Assembly (NCBI RefSeq): GCF_000271305.1
Contig: NZ_AKGD01000001.1
Span: forward strand, 2,090,882-2,114,881
DNA length: 24,000 bases
Reading direction: 5' to 3'
DNA from: Hydrocarboniphaga effusa AP103
Lineage (GTDB): Bacteria; Pseudomonadota; Gammaproteobacteria; Nevskiales; Nevskiaceae
Position numbers and translations under genes: made by a program. How positions within the stretch are numbered: position 1 is the stretch's first letter; each line of letters begins with the position of its first letter. Below, in pieces: positions 7,829 through 15,277 of this stretch. Below the pieces are notes generated by a model that saw nothing but the letters and a program-made list of their open reading frames with translations, was not told the DNA's origin and searched no databases.

Positions 7829-8245
7829 CTACACGGCCCGCGCAATCTCGTCGTAGCCGCGATTCAGGAATTCGAGCAGGCAGAAGCCGTTGCCGAACGG
7901 GTCGGCGAAGTGCGCGATGCGGCCCCAGCTTTCGGTGCGCATCGCGTCTTCGATCACCGCGCCGGCCTGCATCGCGCGATCGATCGCGGACGGCAGATCG
8001 TCGACGACGAAGTCGAGATGCACGGGTGTCCAGTGTCGCTCGTAACGGCGTGTCTCGCCGCTCGCCGAACAGGCTCGCGAGCCCGCTGCTTTGACCAGCA
8101 GATAAATCGGCGCCTCGGCCCCGAGCAGCTCGATGCCGCCATCACCGAAGCGACGCCCGATGCTCAGCCCGAGAGCCTGCGTGTAGAACGCGGTTGCGCG
8201 CGGCAGGTCGTCGAAGTCGATGTTGACGAGCAGCCGCGCGCCCAT
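7829..8245 (-). CDS. VOC-family (glyoxalase / bleomycin-resistance fold) protein
   Basis: The internal ATG at 8243-8245 gives 138 aa: MGARLLVNIDFDDLPRATAFYTQALGL...HLDFVVDDL...FADPFGNGFCLLE, a typical paired βαβββ VOC pattern. The track's 399-aa ORF is this gene plus an out-of-frame read-through across yhhQ. Confidence 0.8.
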   Translation of the reverse strand: MGARLLVNIDFDDLPRATAFYTQALGLSIGRRFGDGGIELLGAEAPIYLLVKAAGSRACSASGETRRYERHWTPVHLDFVVDDLPSAIDRAMQAGAVIEDAMRTESWGRIAHFADPFGNGFCLLEFLNRGYDEIARAV

Positions 8246-8967
8246 CAGCCGTGCGCCTTGCGCTCGCCCTCGTCGCGCAGCGAGAACGGGTTGAAGCTGG
8301 TGTGGGCGTCGTAGGTATCGACGCCTTCGGCGCGCTTGAGCGCGTTGACGACGACGTAGGTCACCGGCGTCAGCACCACTTCGAGCAGCACCTTGAACGC
8401 GAAGTTGAACAGCACCGCGGCGATCAGCGCCTTGCCCGACCACAGGCCGAGGAAGGCGATAGGGTAGAACAGCGCGGAGTCCGCGAACTGGCCGACCACC
8501 GTCGAACCGATGGTGCGCGACCACAGGTGCTTGCCCTGGGTCCAGACCTTCATCTTCGCCATCACGAAGGAGTTCAAGAAGTCGCCGACCCAGTACGCGA
8601 CCATGCTGCCGACGACGATGCGCCAGGTGTTGCCGAACACGGTTTCGAGCGCGGGCTGCAGCGTCTTGTTGTACGGATCGTCGGCGACCGGCATGGCGAG
8701 CACCACGTAGGTCATCACGGTGGCGAAGATCATCGCCGCGAAGCCGGCCCAGATCGCCCGGCGCGTGCGCGCGTAGCCGTAAACCTCGGTCAGCACGTCG
8801 CCGAAGATGTAGCCGATCGGGAAGAACAGGTTGCCGGCCGAGAACGCCAGCGTGCCGAGCAACGGGAAGTCGTACTCGCAGACCTTGCCGGGCCCGATCA
8901 GGTTGGAGCACAGCAGCACGGCGACGACGCCGCCGACGAAGAAGTCGTAGTAGCGGAAGCTCTGCAT
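8245..8967 (-). CDS. yhhQ: queuosine-precursor transporter, YhhQ/DUF165 (VUT) family
   Basis: Starting at ATG 8965-8967 gives MQSFRYYDFFVGGVVAVLLCSNLIGPGKV...FFPIGYIFGDVLTEVYGY..R..IW.GF, the conserved YhhQ core, with multiple TM helices. Its stop overlaps the VOC start (minus strand TGATG at 8243-8247). Confidence 0.85.
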   Translation of the reverse strand: MQSFRYYDFFVGGVVAVLLCSNLIGPGKVCEYDFPLLGTLAFSAGNLFFPIGYIFGDVLTEVYGYARTRRAIWAGFAAMIFATVMTYVVLAMPVADDPYNKTLQPALETVFGNTWRIVVGSMVAYWVGDFLNSFVMAKMKVWTQGKHLWSRTIGSTVVGQFADSALFYPIAFLGLWSGKALIAAVLFNFAFKVLLEVVLTPVTYVVVNALKRAEGVDTYDAHTSFNPFSLRDEGERKAHG

Positions 8968-9050
8968 GGGTCGAATCGTTCGGAGCGCGGGCGCGCGTCG
9001 ACACAACCTTAACAGAGCTCGCCGCCAAAACCTCTAGCCGAAATGCGGGC

Positions 9051-10742
9051 CTAGCGCTTCGCCAGCAGCAAGCTCTCCTCGATCGCCTCGCGTCTCCACT
9101 GCGCGGCCTGCGGCAGGCGCGTGCGCAGGTCGCCGGATTCCGGTGCGCGCAGCCAGCGCGATTGCTTGAGCCGGCGGATGATGGCGGGGATGTCCGAGGT
9201 CGGCTCGATGCGCTGGTTCCAGAGTGCGAGCAGCTGGTTCACCGACTGTTCGCGCGATTCGGGCGTGTCGGGCGTGGAGATGTTGAGCGGCAGCGTGGGC
9301 GTGACGAGGATGATCAGCGATTCCTGGCGGCGCAGGTCGGTGCTGCGCTTGGTGAACCAGTTCGCCACCGGCACGTCGCCGACGCCGGGCACTTTCGAAA
9401 ACGACTTGTCGTTGACCTGCTCGGACAGCGCGCTGAGCACGAGCGTCTGCCCGAACTCGACGTCGGCCGTCGCTGAAACCGATTGCCGGAACGTGGTCAG
9501 CGAGCTGTCGAAATTGCCGATCTGATCCTGCGACAAAAACGAGCGCGCCGCATCGAGGTTGAACACCACGCGCTTGTCGTCGATGAACTCGGGCGTGACC
9601 TTGAGCTGTACGCCGACGTCGATCGGTTGCAGCTGGCCGAGGTTGATGCCGCTGACCGCGACGTTGAGTGTGCGCCCGGCGAAGAACTGCGATTCGCGGC
9701 CCAGGTGCGCGGTGATCGAAGGCCGTGCGACCACGCTGTAATACTGGCCCGAGTCGTTGAACAGGTTGAGGCTGTAGTCGAGCTGCGGCGTCGAGATCTG
9801 CGAGGTGATCGTGCGCGTGCTTTCGCGGCCCAGGCTGCCGCTGATCTGCGAGAGCGTATTGGTGTAGCCGTACAGCACACGCAGGCCGTCGAACAGGTTC
9901 ACGCCGCGATTGGCCTGGTCGAGCACCGAGTTCAGCAGGATCGTCACTTCGACCACGACCTGGTTCAGCGCGCTCGCCGGATTCTGTGCCAGCGGCGCGA
10001 GCGGAGCCGAGTCGCCGCCTTCGTCGCCGATCGGCGTTTGCCGAACGGCCGGCGCCACTTCGAGATATTCGGCGACGCGGCGCATGGCGTAGCGCGCATC
10101 GGCATCGTCTCCGGTGGCGACGAGCTTTTGCGTCATCGCTTGCGCTTCGGGCTCGCCTGCGACTGCGAGCGCAAACGCATTCAAGCGGATCGACTCGCGC
10201 TGCTCGGGCGCGAGCGCGAAGCTGCGTTCGGCCGCGAGACGCATCAACGGCAGATCGCGCCGATAGTACGAAGCCACGCCGAGGCCGTAGAAGGCTTCCC
10301 AGCGGCGCGGCTGATCGAGCACGGCTTCGGCGAAGCGTGACTGCGCCGTGCGGTAGTTGCCGCGTTCGAGCTCGATGTAGCCGAGTTGCAGCAGCGCCCA
10401 GTAATTGCCGGGCGCGAAGCGCTCCGCGTTCGCATACCCGACGGCCGCGAGATCGAGCCGCGCGCGATCGCGTTCACGGCCGATGCCTTCTTCGGTCAGC
10501 GCATGCAAGAACTGCAGCTGGCCATTGCGCAGATCCTGTTGTAGCAGGCGCGCGATCGGTGCCTGCGCCTGTTCCCACTGGCCGGAACGCAGCGCGCGTT
10601 CGGCCAGTGGCCAGTCGGACATCGGCTCATTACTCGTCTTGCGAGCCGCATTGGACGCGCAGCCGGAGAGCGCGAGCGTGGTGGTGAAGACCGCGCATCG
10701 AATCAGCGATGCGCGCAGCTTGCGAGGGTTGAGGCGAGGCAT
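9051..10742 (-). CDS. outer-membrane lipoprotein: N-terminal TPR (pilotin-like) domain fused to a secretin C-domain
   Basis: ATG at 10740-10742 gives MPRLNPRKLRASLIRCAVFTTTLALSGC (lipobox). This is followed by about 220 aa of TPR-like repeats, then the secretin core from NQVVVEVTILLNSVLDQANRGVNL to GQTLVLSALSEQ...KVPGVGDVPVANWFTKRS...ESLIILVTPTL. The track start at 10781 is a TTG inside an 11-bp tandem repeat. Confidence 0.8.
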   Translation of the reverse strand: MPRLNPRKLRASLIRCAVFTTTLALSGCASNAARKTSNEPMSDWPLAERALRSGQWEQAQAPIARLLQQDLRNGQLQFLHALTEEGIGRERDRARLDLAAVGYANAERFAPGNYWALLQLGYIELERGNYRTAQSRFAEAVLDQPRRWEAFYGLGVASYYRRDLPLMRLAAERSFALAPEQRESIRLNAFALAVAGEPEAQAMTQKLVATGDDADARYAMRRVAEYLEVAPAVRQTPIGDEGGDSAPLAPLAQNPASALNQVVVEVTILLNSVLDQANRGVNLFDGLRVLYGYTNTLSQISGSLGRESTRTITSQISTPQLDYSLNLFNDSGQYYSVVARPSITAHLGRESQFFAGRTLNVAVSGINLGQLQPIDVGVQLKVTPEFIDDKRVVFNLDAARSFLSQDQIGNFDSSLTTFRQSVSATADVEFGQTLVLSALSEQVNDKSFSKVPGVGDVPVANWFTKRSTDLRRQESLIILVTPTLPLNISTPDTPESREQSVNQLLALWNQRIEPTSDIPAIIRRLKQSRWLRAPESGDLRTRLPQAAQWRREAIEESLLLAKR

Positions 10743-10777
10743 GGCGTGAAGGTCCGTAAGCAAGTCGAAAGTCGAGC

Positions 10778-10802
10778 GCAAATCAATCGCAAATCAATCG
10801 CA
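10778..10802. repeat. 11-bp tandem duplication, 2.3 copies (gcaaatcaatc)
   Basis: gcaaatcaatc gcaaatcaatc gca is read directly from the sequence. It spans the stop codon (10794-10796) of the 12-Cys gene and the short spacer before the secretin gene. Confidence 0.9.
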
Positions 10803-11315
10803 GCGATACAGGTTGGGACGGCCGATGCGATCCCAGAATCCGGCGCGATGGCTGTTGCCCGAGCAGCAGAAGTTGCGATCGTTGCGATGCACGCCGGCAC
10901 CGTCGCGTGCGCAGTAGTCCGGGCCACGTACGGTGCCGGTGGTATTCTCCACTTCGTCGTTGACGTTGCGCGTCCACTGGTAGCTCCACACTGCGCGATT
11001 GACCGCGCGAGTCCACTCCGCGCTGCAGCGATTGTTCTCGGGCGAGGTGCCGCACATCACGCCGTTCGGATTCGCGGCGCAGCAGGGGTCGTGCGTCATG
11101 CTGCCTCCGCTGACCTTGCAGTTGGCGCGATCGGCGCCGTTGGACGCCGGCAGGCACATCGCAACGCCGGCGAACTGGCCTTGATGAAAGCCCCCGCATT
11201 GCTGGCCGACGGCGCCGAAGCAGCGTTCCGCGAGCGCCGGCGTAGCACTGCCGAACAGCGAGAGCAGCAGCAGGGAGCCCAGCAATCTGCGAGCGTGCGT
11301 GAATATCGTCTTCAT
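10794..11315 (-). CDS. secreted 12-cysteine protein, unknown family (paralog of 14731..15243)
   Basis: ATG at 11313-11315. Signal peptide MKTIFTHARRLLGSLLLLSLFGSATPALA. The mature part has 12 Cys, and they can be aligned one-for-one with those of the 14731..15243 product. Confidence 0.7.
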   Translation of the reverse strand: MKTIFTHARRLLGSLLLLSLFGSATPALAERCFGAVGQQCGGFHQGQFAGVAMCLPASNGADRANCKVSGGSMTHDPCCAANPNGVMCGTSPENNRCSAEWTRAVNRAVWSYQWTRNVNDEVENTTGTVRGPDYCARDGAGVHRNDRNFCCSGNSHRAGFWDRIGRPNLYRCD

Positions 11316-11343
11316 CGAAAATCTCCGTTGAATGCTGCGCTTT

Positions 11344-11772
11344 TCAGCGCAGGCGCTTGACGGTCGAGCCGTCGGCGGCCTGCAAGGTGTTGTCGTCGAC
11401 GATCTTGATCAGCATGGTTTCGCTCGCATCGGTCTTCTCCGATTCGGGCTCCTTCTGGTCGCGTTCGATCTTGAGTTCGAAGCCGGCCTTGTCGGATTTG
11501 CCGACGCTGTAGCGGCCCTGGTTCGACTGCTGATCCTTGAGCGGCTTGAACGCGCTGTCGCGAATCGCGGTGACGTAGCGGCCATCGGGACGGAACTCGA
11601 TCACCGTGGTTTCGGTGATGCCGGTTTCCTTGTCGCTGACGCTGCTGCTCCAGCTGCCGAGCAGCAGCTTGATGGCATCGATGGGCTTTTGTGCGAGCGC
11701 GATCGGCTGTGCGGACGACAGCGCGATAAAGGCGGCCATCGTGAGCACCGCTTTTAAACTGAGTTTGCGCAT
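11344..11772 (-). CDS. small secreted protein, lipocalin-like (tentative)
   Basis: Signal peptide MRKLSLKAVLTMAAFIALSSAQPIALA. The mature start ...LLLGSWSS... and the alternating β-strand-like pattern resemble bacterial lipocalin-like domains. There is an acidic Lys/Glu-rich insert, ERDQKEPESEKTDASE. Confidence 0.6.
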   Translation of the reverse strand: MRKLSLKAVLTMAAFIALSSAQPIALAQKPIDAIKLLLGSWSSSVSDKETGITETTVIEFRPDGRYVTAIRDSAFKPLKDQQSNQGRYSVGKSDKAGFELKIERDQKEPESEKTDASETMLIKIVDDNTLQAADGSTVKRLR

Positions 11773-11824
11773 GAACGTGACTCCGGTGTGAGAACGGTGG
11801 TTCAGAGGGGATTCGAGTGGGTGT

Positions 11825-14701
11825 TCAAGGCGCGGCTTCCAGCACCAGGCTCACGCTGCCGCTGACGGCCAGGTTGTCGCCGCCATCTGGATGGCCGTTG
11901 CCGAGGGAGATGCAGTTCAGGCGCAATGCATGCGAGCCCGGCTCCAGCAGGCCTTCGGTGGGGCCGGACTGCTGCAGGCCTTCGCGCTTATCGGCGGTGG
12001 CCACGAACAGGCGGTCCAGAGACAGCTCCAAGTTGGAATCGCCACGCCCGGCGGTGGCGCTACCGCTGAAGCCGTTGATGCGATAGCGCAGCGGCTTGTC
12101 GCCTTCGACGAGGAACTGCACGTAGGCGGAACCGTTGCCCTGGCTGTCGGTGCCGAATCCTTCCGGTGTCGCTGGCACCGAGCCGCTGGTGTCGCAAGTC
12201 AGGGTGATGGCGCCGACGCGGCCGTCGCTGCGATCGAGGTTGAACGAGGCGCTGCCGACGGTCGATGCGCTGCGGCCTTCGCCACTTTTCTCGGCGTGCA
12301 CGGTGAAGCTGCCATTGCTGCGGAAGCCGGTATCGGGCGTGTCGGTCAGCGAGGCGCGTTGAATTTCCGCAGTGGTGGAAAAGACGCTGCCGCAACTCGC
12401 TCCGTTGCTGCACGACTGCGCGCGTGCGAAGGCCGACACACCGGTTTCTTCGAGCAGTGCGCTCGCCGTCGGCGGCGGTTCCACGGTGACGCTCACCGTG
12501 CCTTGCGCAGTGCCGCCCTTGCCGTCGCTGACGGTGTAGCCGAAAGCGTCGTCGCCGACGAAGCCGAGGTTCGGAATGTAGCGAACCGAATCGCCGGCGC
12601 CGACGATCTCGGTACGGCCGTTCTGCGGCTGCGTCACCGCATCGACCGTCAGCGCATCGCCGTCCGCATCGGTGTCGTTGGCGAGCACGTCGATGACGTG
12701 TCCGCCGCCGTTGCCGACGACCTGGGCGGCGTCGGCGACGGCGGTCGGCGGCTGGTTCTCCGCACGCGCGGTATCGAGCTCGAGCGCGGTCAGCTCGAAC
12801 GGCAGCTTGCGCGTGATCACGAAGGCGCTGAACTCGCCGACTTCGCCTGCATTGGGCGCGGTGAAATCGAACGCGAAGTGGGTTTGATCGTCGCTCGCGG
12901 TGAGGCGCATCACCTCGTTGAGCCCGCCGGAGCGACGCAGCAGCACCACGTCCTTGACGTTGTAATCGCCCAGGAACGAAACGTTGTCGGAATCGAGATC
13001 GAGCTCGAAATGCACCACGTCGCCGGTGACGAAACCGGCGCGATCCGCCGTCAACACGCCGGTCGGCGATTTGGCGAGATCGACCTGCGACAGAAACTCG
13101 AGTCCGGTGAGCCGAATGATGTTGAAGAGCTTGGCCAGGCCTTCGATGCCGGTGCCGAGTCCGGCGCGAAACTCCGCGAAGATGCGGTAGTTGGATTTGT
13201 AGAGCGGATCGGCGAGCTGCGTGGTCTTGGGCGCGAAGCTGCCGAACAGGCGCGGACCGGCCTTGGCTTGAAACGCGTTGAAGCGCAGCGATTTGAGCAG
13301 CGGGTTGCCGAGACTCGCGCCGACGGTGGCCGAGGCGAGCACGCTCGGTTCGAGCCGCAGGTCTTCGATGCCGGGCAGGTTCAGCGTCGGCGTGATGGTG
13401 TTGGTGAGGTCGCCGGCTGCGGCCACGAACATGCAGTCGCCGTTGCACTCCAGGCCGACGCGGCCGTTGAAGCGGGTTTCGTTCTTGAACGAAATGCCCA
13501 TCGTCGCCACGGTGATCTTGCCGCCGGCTTCGAGCGATACGCCGACCGGAACCAGGCCGCTGATGATCATCGACAGCGCGCCGCCCACCGGTACGCGGAA
13601 GGTGAACAGATCGGCCTTGCATTCCACCTTGCCTTCGAACGCGGCCACGATGTTGAGCCCGCCTTCGACGCTCGCCACCGGCGAGGCGCGCACGAGCAGG
13701 CGTTCGAGCCCGCGCGCTTCGGTGTAGAGCACGTCGAGGGTCGGGTTGATGGTCACGCGCAAGGCCGGCGGAGCCAGGATCGAAATCGGCAGCGGCGAGC
13801 CTTCGCGAAAATCCGGAATGAAGGTTTCGCAGCCGCGAGCCAGCGTCGAAGTGCCGGCCGCTGCACCGACCTTGGCGACCAGCGCATCGGCGCTCGCAGC
13901 GGCGGCCGAGGCGCGTGGCGTGAACGAAAACGTGTTGCCCTCGCGAGCGATCTCGTAATCGGCCGCGATCTCATCGGGAATATCGACCGGCGCTTGCGAC
14001 AGATCGAAGACCTGGTTGATTTCCAGGCCCGGAAACAACTCGTTCAAGGGTGCGAGCGCGAGCGTGAGTTCGATGCCTTCGGGACGCGTTTGCGTGGAGA
14101 CCACGCGACCGGCGACCGGCTCCGATCCGGTGCCGACGACGAGCGTTCCGGGCTCGGGCGCGGTCACGCCGCTGACGATCACGGTGTAGGTGTTGTCGAG
14201 GCCGGGCTCGGCGTCCGGATCGGTTTCGACCGCGCCGCGAACCACTTGCGAGTCGTCCACCAGCAGCGTGTCGTCGGCGACGCCGACCACGGCCGCCAGC
14301 AGCGGAGCCGACCGCAGCGTTCCGGTGGTTGCGACGATCTGGCTCGATCCGCTCGCCGCTTCGGCCTTGAGCAGGCCGGTGGAGTCGATCGACAGGCGAC
14401 CGCTGTCGGAACTGCTCCAGCTCACCGGCGCTGCGATCGTCGCGCCGGACGCATCGAGAACGCGCGCGTGCAGCAGGCGAGTCTGGCCGCGTTCGGTCAG
14501 CAGCAGACCGGTCTCGATGATCTCGATGCGAGCGGGCACGGCAGCGACGGGTGGATCGACCGGCGGGGTGTCGTCGCCGTCGTCGTTGTTGCCTCCGCCG
14601 CCACTGCAAGCCGCCAGCGTGGCCAGCGCGAGTGCTGCGAGCAGCGAGCGCCAACCCGGGCGTCGCGCATGGCGATCCCTGCGATCCTTGTCGATGAACA
14701 T
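11825..14701 (-). CDS. large lipoprotein (958 aa): Big_2-like Ig domain, an unrecognised core of about 450-500 aa, a cadherin-like domain and a C-terminal β-rich domain
   Basis: ATG at 14699-14701 with AAGGAA 7 nt upstream. Lipobox LALATLAAC followed by a Gly/Asp-rich linker. Big_2-like stretch ARIEIIETGLLLTERGQTRLLHARVLDASGATIAAPVSWSSSDSGRLSIDSTGLLKA. Cadherin-like stretch VIDVLANDTDADGDALTVDAVTQPQNGRTEIV...VRYIPNLGFVGDDAFGYTVSDGKGGTAQGTVSVTV. The 169 Arg-rich residues upstream in the track ORF overlap the neighbouring gene and were discarded. Confidence 0.8.
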   Translation of the reverse strand: MFIDKDRRDRHARRPGWRSLLAALALATLAACSGGGGNNDDGDDTPPVDPPVAAVPARIEIIETGLLLTERGQTRLLHARVLDASGATIAAPVSWSSSDSGRLSIDSTGLLKAEAASGSSQIVATTGTLRSAPLLAAVVGVADDTLLVDDSQVVRGAVETDPDAEPGLDNTYTVIVSGVTAPEPGTLVVGTGSEPVAGRVVSTQTRPEGIELTLALAPLNELFPGLEINQVFDLSQAPVDIPDEIAADYEIAREGNTFSFTPRASAAAASADALVAKVGAAAGTSTLARGCETFIPDFREGSPLPISILAPPALRVTINPTLDVLYTEARGLERLLVRASPVASVEGGLNIVAAFEGKVECKADLFTFRVPVGGALSMIISGLVPVGVSLEAGGKITVATMGISFKNETRFNGRVGLECNGDCMFVAAAGDLTNTITPTLNLPGIEDLRLEPSVLASATVGASLGNPLLKSLRFNAFQAKAGPRLFGSFAPKTTQLADPLYKSNYRIFAEFRAGLGTGIEGLAKLFNIIRLTGLEFLSQVDLAKSPTGVLTADRAGFVTGDVVHFELDLDSDNVSFLGDYNVKDVVLLRRSGGLNEVMRLTASDDQTHFAFDFTAPNAGEVGEFSAFVITRKLPFELTALELDTARAENQPPTAVADAAQVVGNGGGHVIDVLANDTDADGDALTVDAVTQPQNGRTEIVGAGDSVRYIPNLGFVGDDAFGYTVSDGKGGTAQGTVSVTVEPPPTASALLEETGVSAFARAQSCSNGASCGSVFSTTAEIQRASLTDTPDTGFRSNGSFTVHAEKSGEGRSASTVGSASFNLDRSDGRVGAITLTCDTSGSVPATPEGFGTDSQGNGSAYVQFLVEGDKPLRYRINGFSGSATAGRGDSNLELSLDRLFVATADKREGLQQSGPTEGLLEPGSHALRLNCISLGNGHPDGGDNLAVSGSVSLVLEAAP

Positions 14702-14730
14702 GTTGCGATTCCTTTTGCTTGATGCGGCGC

Positions 14731-15243
14731 CTAGCGGCAGCGCAGCTTGTTGATGCCCTGCAGATCGCGTTCGGCGAGCGCGCTGGCCGAGCGAGAGCAG
14801 CACCAGCGCTCGTCGCCGGGCGCGACGACGGCGCCGGCCGGGGCGCACAGGGCGTTGAAGTCGGCGATGCCGCTGCGATTGGGTTTCTGCGGATCGAGCT
14901 TTCGCGTCCAGTACAGGCCGTGCGAGGTGCGTTGCTGCGACTTCTCCCATTCGTAGGCGCAGTCGGCGGCGACACCGGGCTTGCCGCCGCAGCCCTGGCC
15001 CTGCGGATGCGCGGCGCAGCAGACGTCGTGCTCGATGCTGCCCGCGTGCACCATGCATTCGAGCTGCCCGCCGGCCGGCTTGCAGTAGGCCGGCTGGCCG
15101 CCGCCTCCGGTCGCGCAGCCCTGCCCGGCGGCGCCGAAGCAGGCGCCCGGCACGGCGGGCGACACGGCCGTCTGCGCCGGCGCTGCGGTAGAGCCGAGCA
15201 GCAGGCACAGCACCAGGACTGGAATGGAAGCGATAAGTCGCAT
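14731..15243 (-). CDS. secreted 12-cysteine protein, unknown family (paralog of 10794..11315)
   Basis: ATG at 15241-15243. Signal peptide MRLIASIPVLVLCLLLGSTAAPAQT. Motifs shared with the paralog: CFGA.GQ.C, GS..HD.CCA..P.G..CG, C..EW, WTR, C....GA.V, CCS, and RC at the C-terminus. Confidence 0.7.
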   Translation of the reverse strand: MRLIASIPVLVLCLLLGSTAAPAQTAVSPAVPGACFGAAGQGCATGGGGQPAYCKPAGGQLECMVHAGSIEHDVCCAAHPQGQGCGGKPGVAADCAYEWEKSQQRTSHGLYWTRKLDPQKPNRSGIADFNALCAPAGAVVAPGDERWCCSRSASALAERDLQGINKLRCR

Positions 15244-15277
15244 GGCGGGCAGTGGTGGTTTGAAGGCCCGGGCCGGC

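Noticed and set aside
8246-9028. Upstream 261 residues of the 399-aa ORF 7829..9028, which would make a long VOC fusion protein
   Set aside because: This part is an out-of-frame read-through across yhhQ (Arg-rich). yhhQ in its own frame has the conserved DUF165 core, and the VOC domain is complete from ATG 8245.
8968-9050. Possible preQ1 riboswitch upstream of yhhQ (minus strand contains CUAGAGGUUUUGGCGGCGAGCUCUGUUAAGG, reminiscent of the AGAGGUUCUAG... start of the Bacillus preQ1-I aptamer)
   Set aside because: It lacks the conserved GGUUC loop context and the A-rich AAAAAACUA tail that forms the pseudoknot. The resemblance is limited to a few bases. An Rfam cmsearch (RF00522, RF01054, RF02680) would settle it.
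11891-14722. 943-aa plus-strand ORF antisense to the large lipoprotein gene (and the 520-aa minus-strand ORF at 12060..13622 in another frame)
   Set aside because: Low-complexity Arg/Gly/Ala/Asp-rich translations without a signal peptide or domains. The chosen frame has a lipobox, Ig and cadherin-like motifs, and an RBS.
14702-15208. N-terminal 169-residue extension of the large lipoprotein ORF (track ORF 11825..15208)
   Set aside because: The extension is almost pure Arg/Ala/Gly and overlaps the 12-Cys gene in another frame. The internal ATG at 14701 has an AAGGAA RBS and is followed immediately by a lipoprotein signal peptide.
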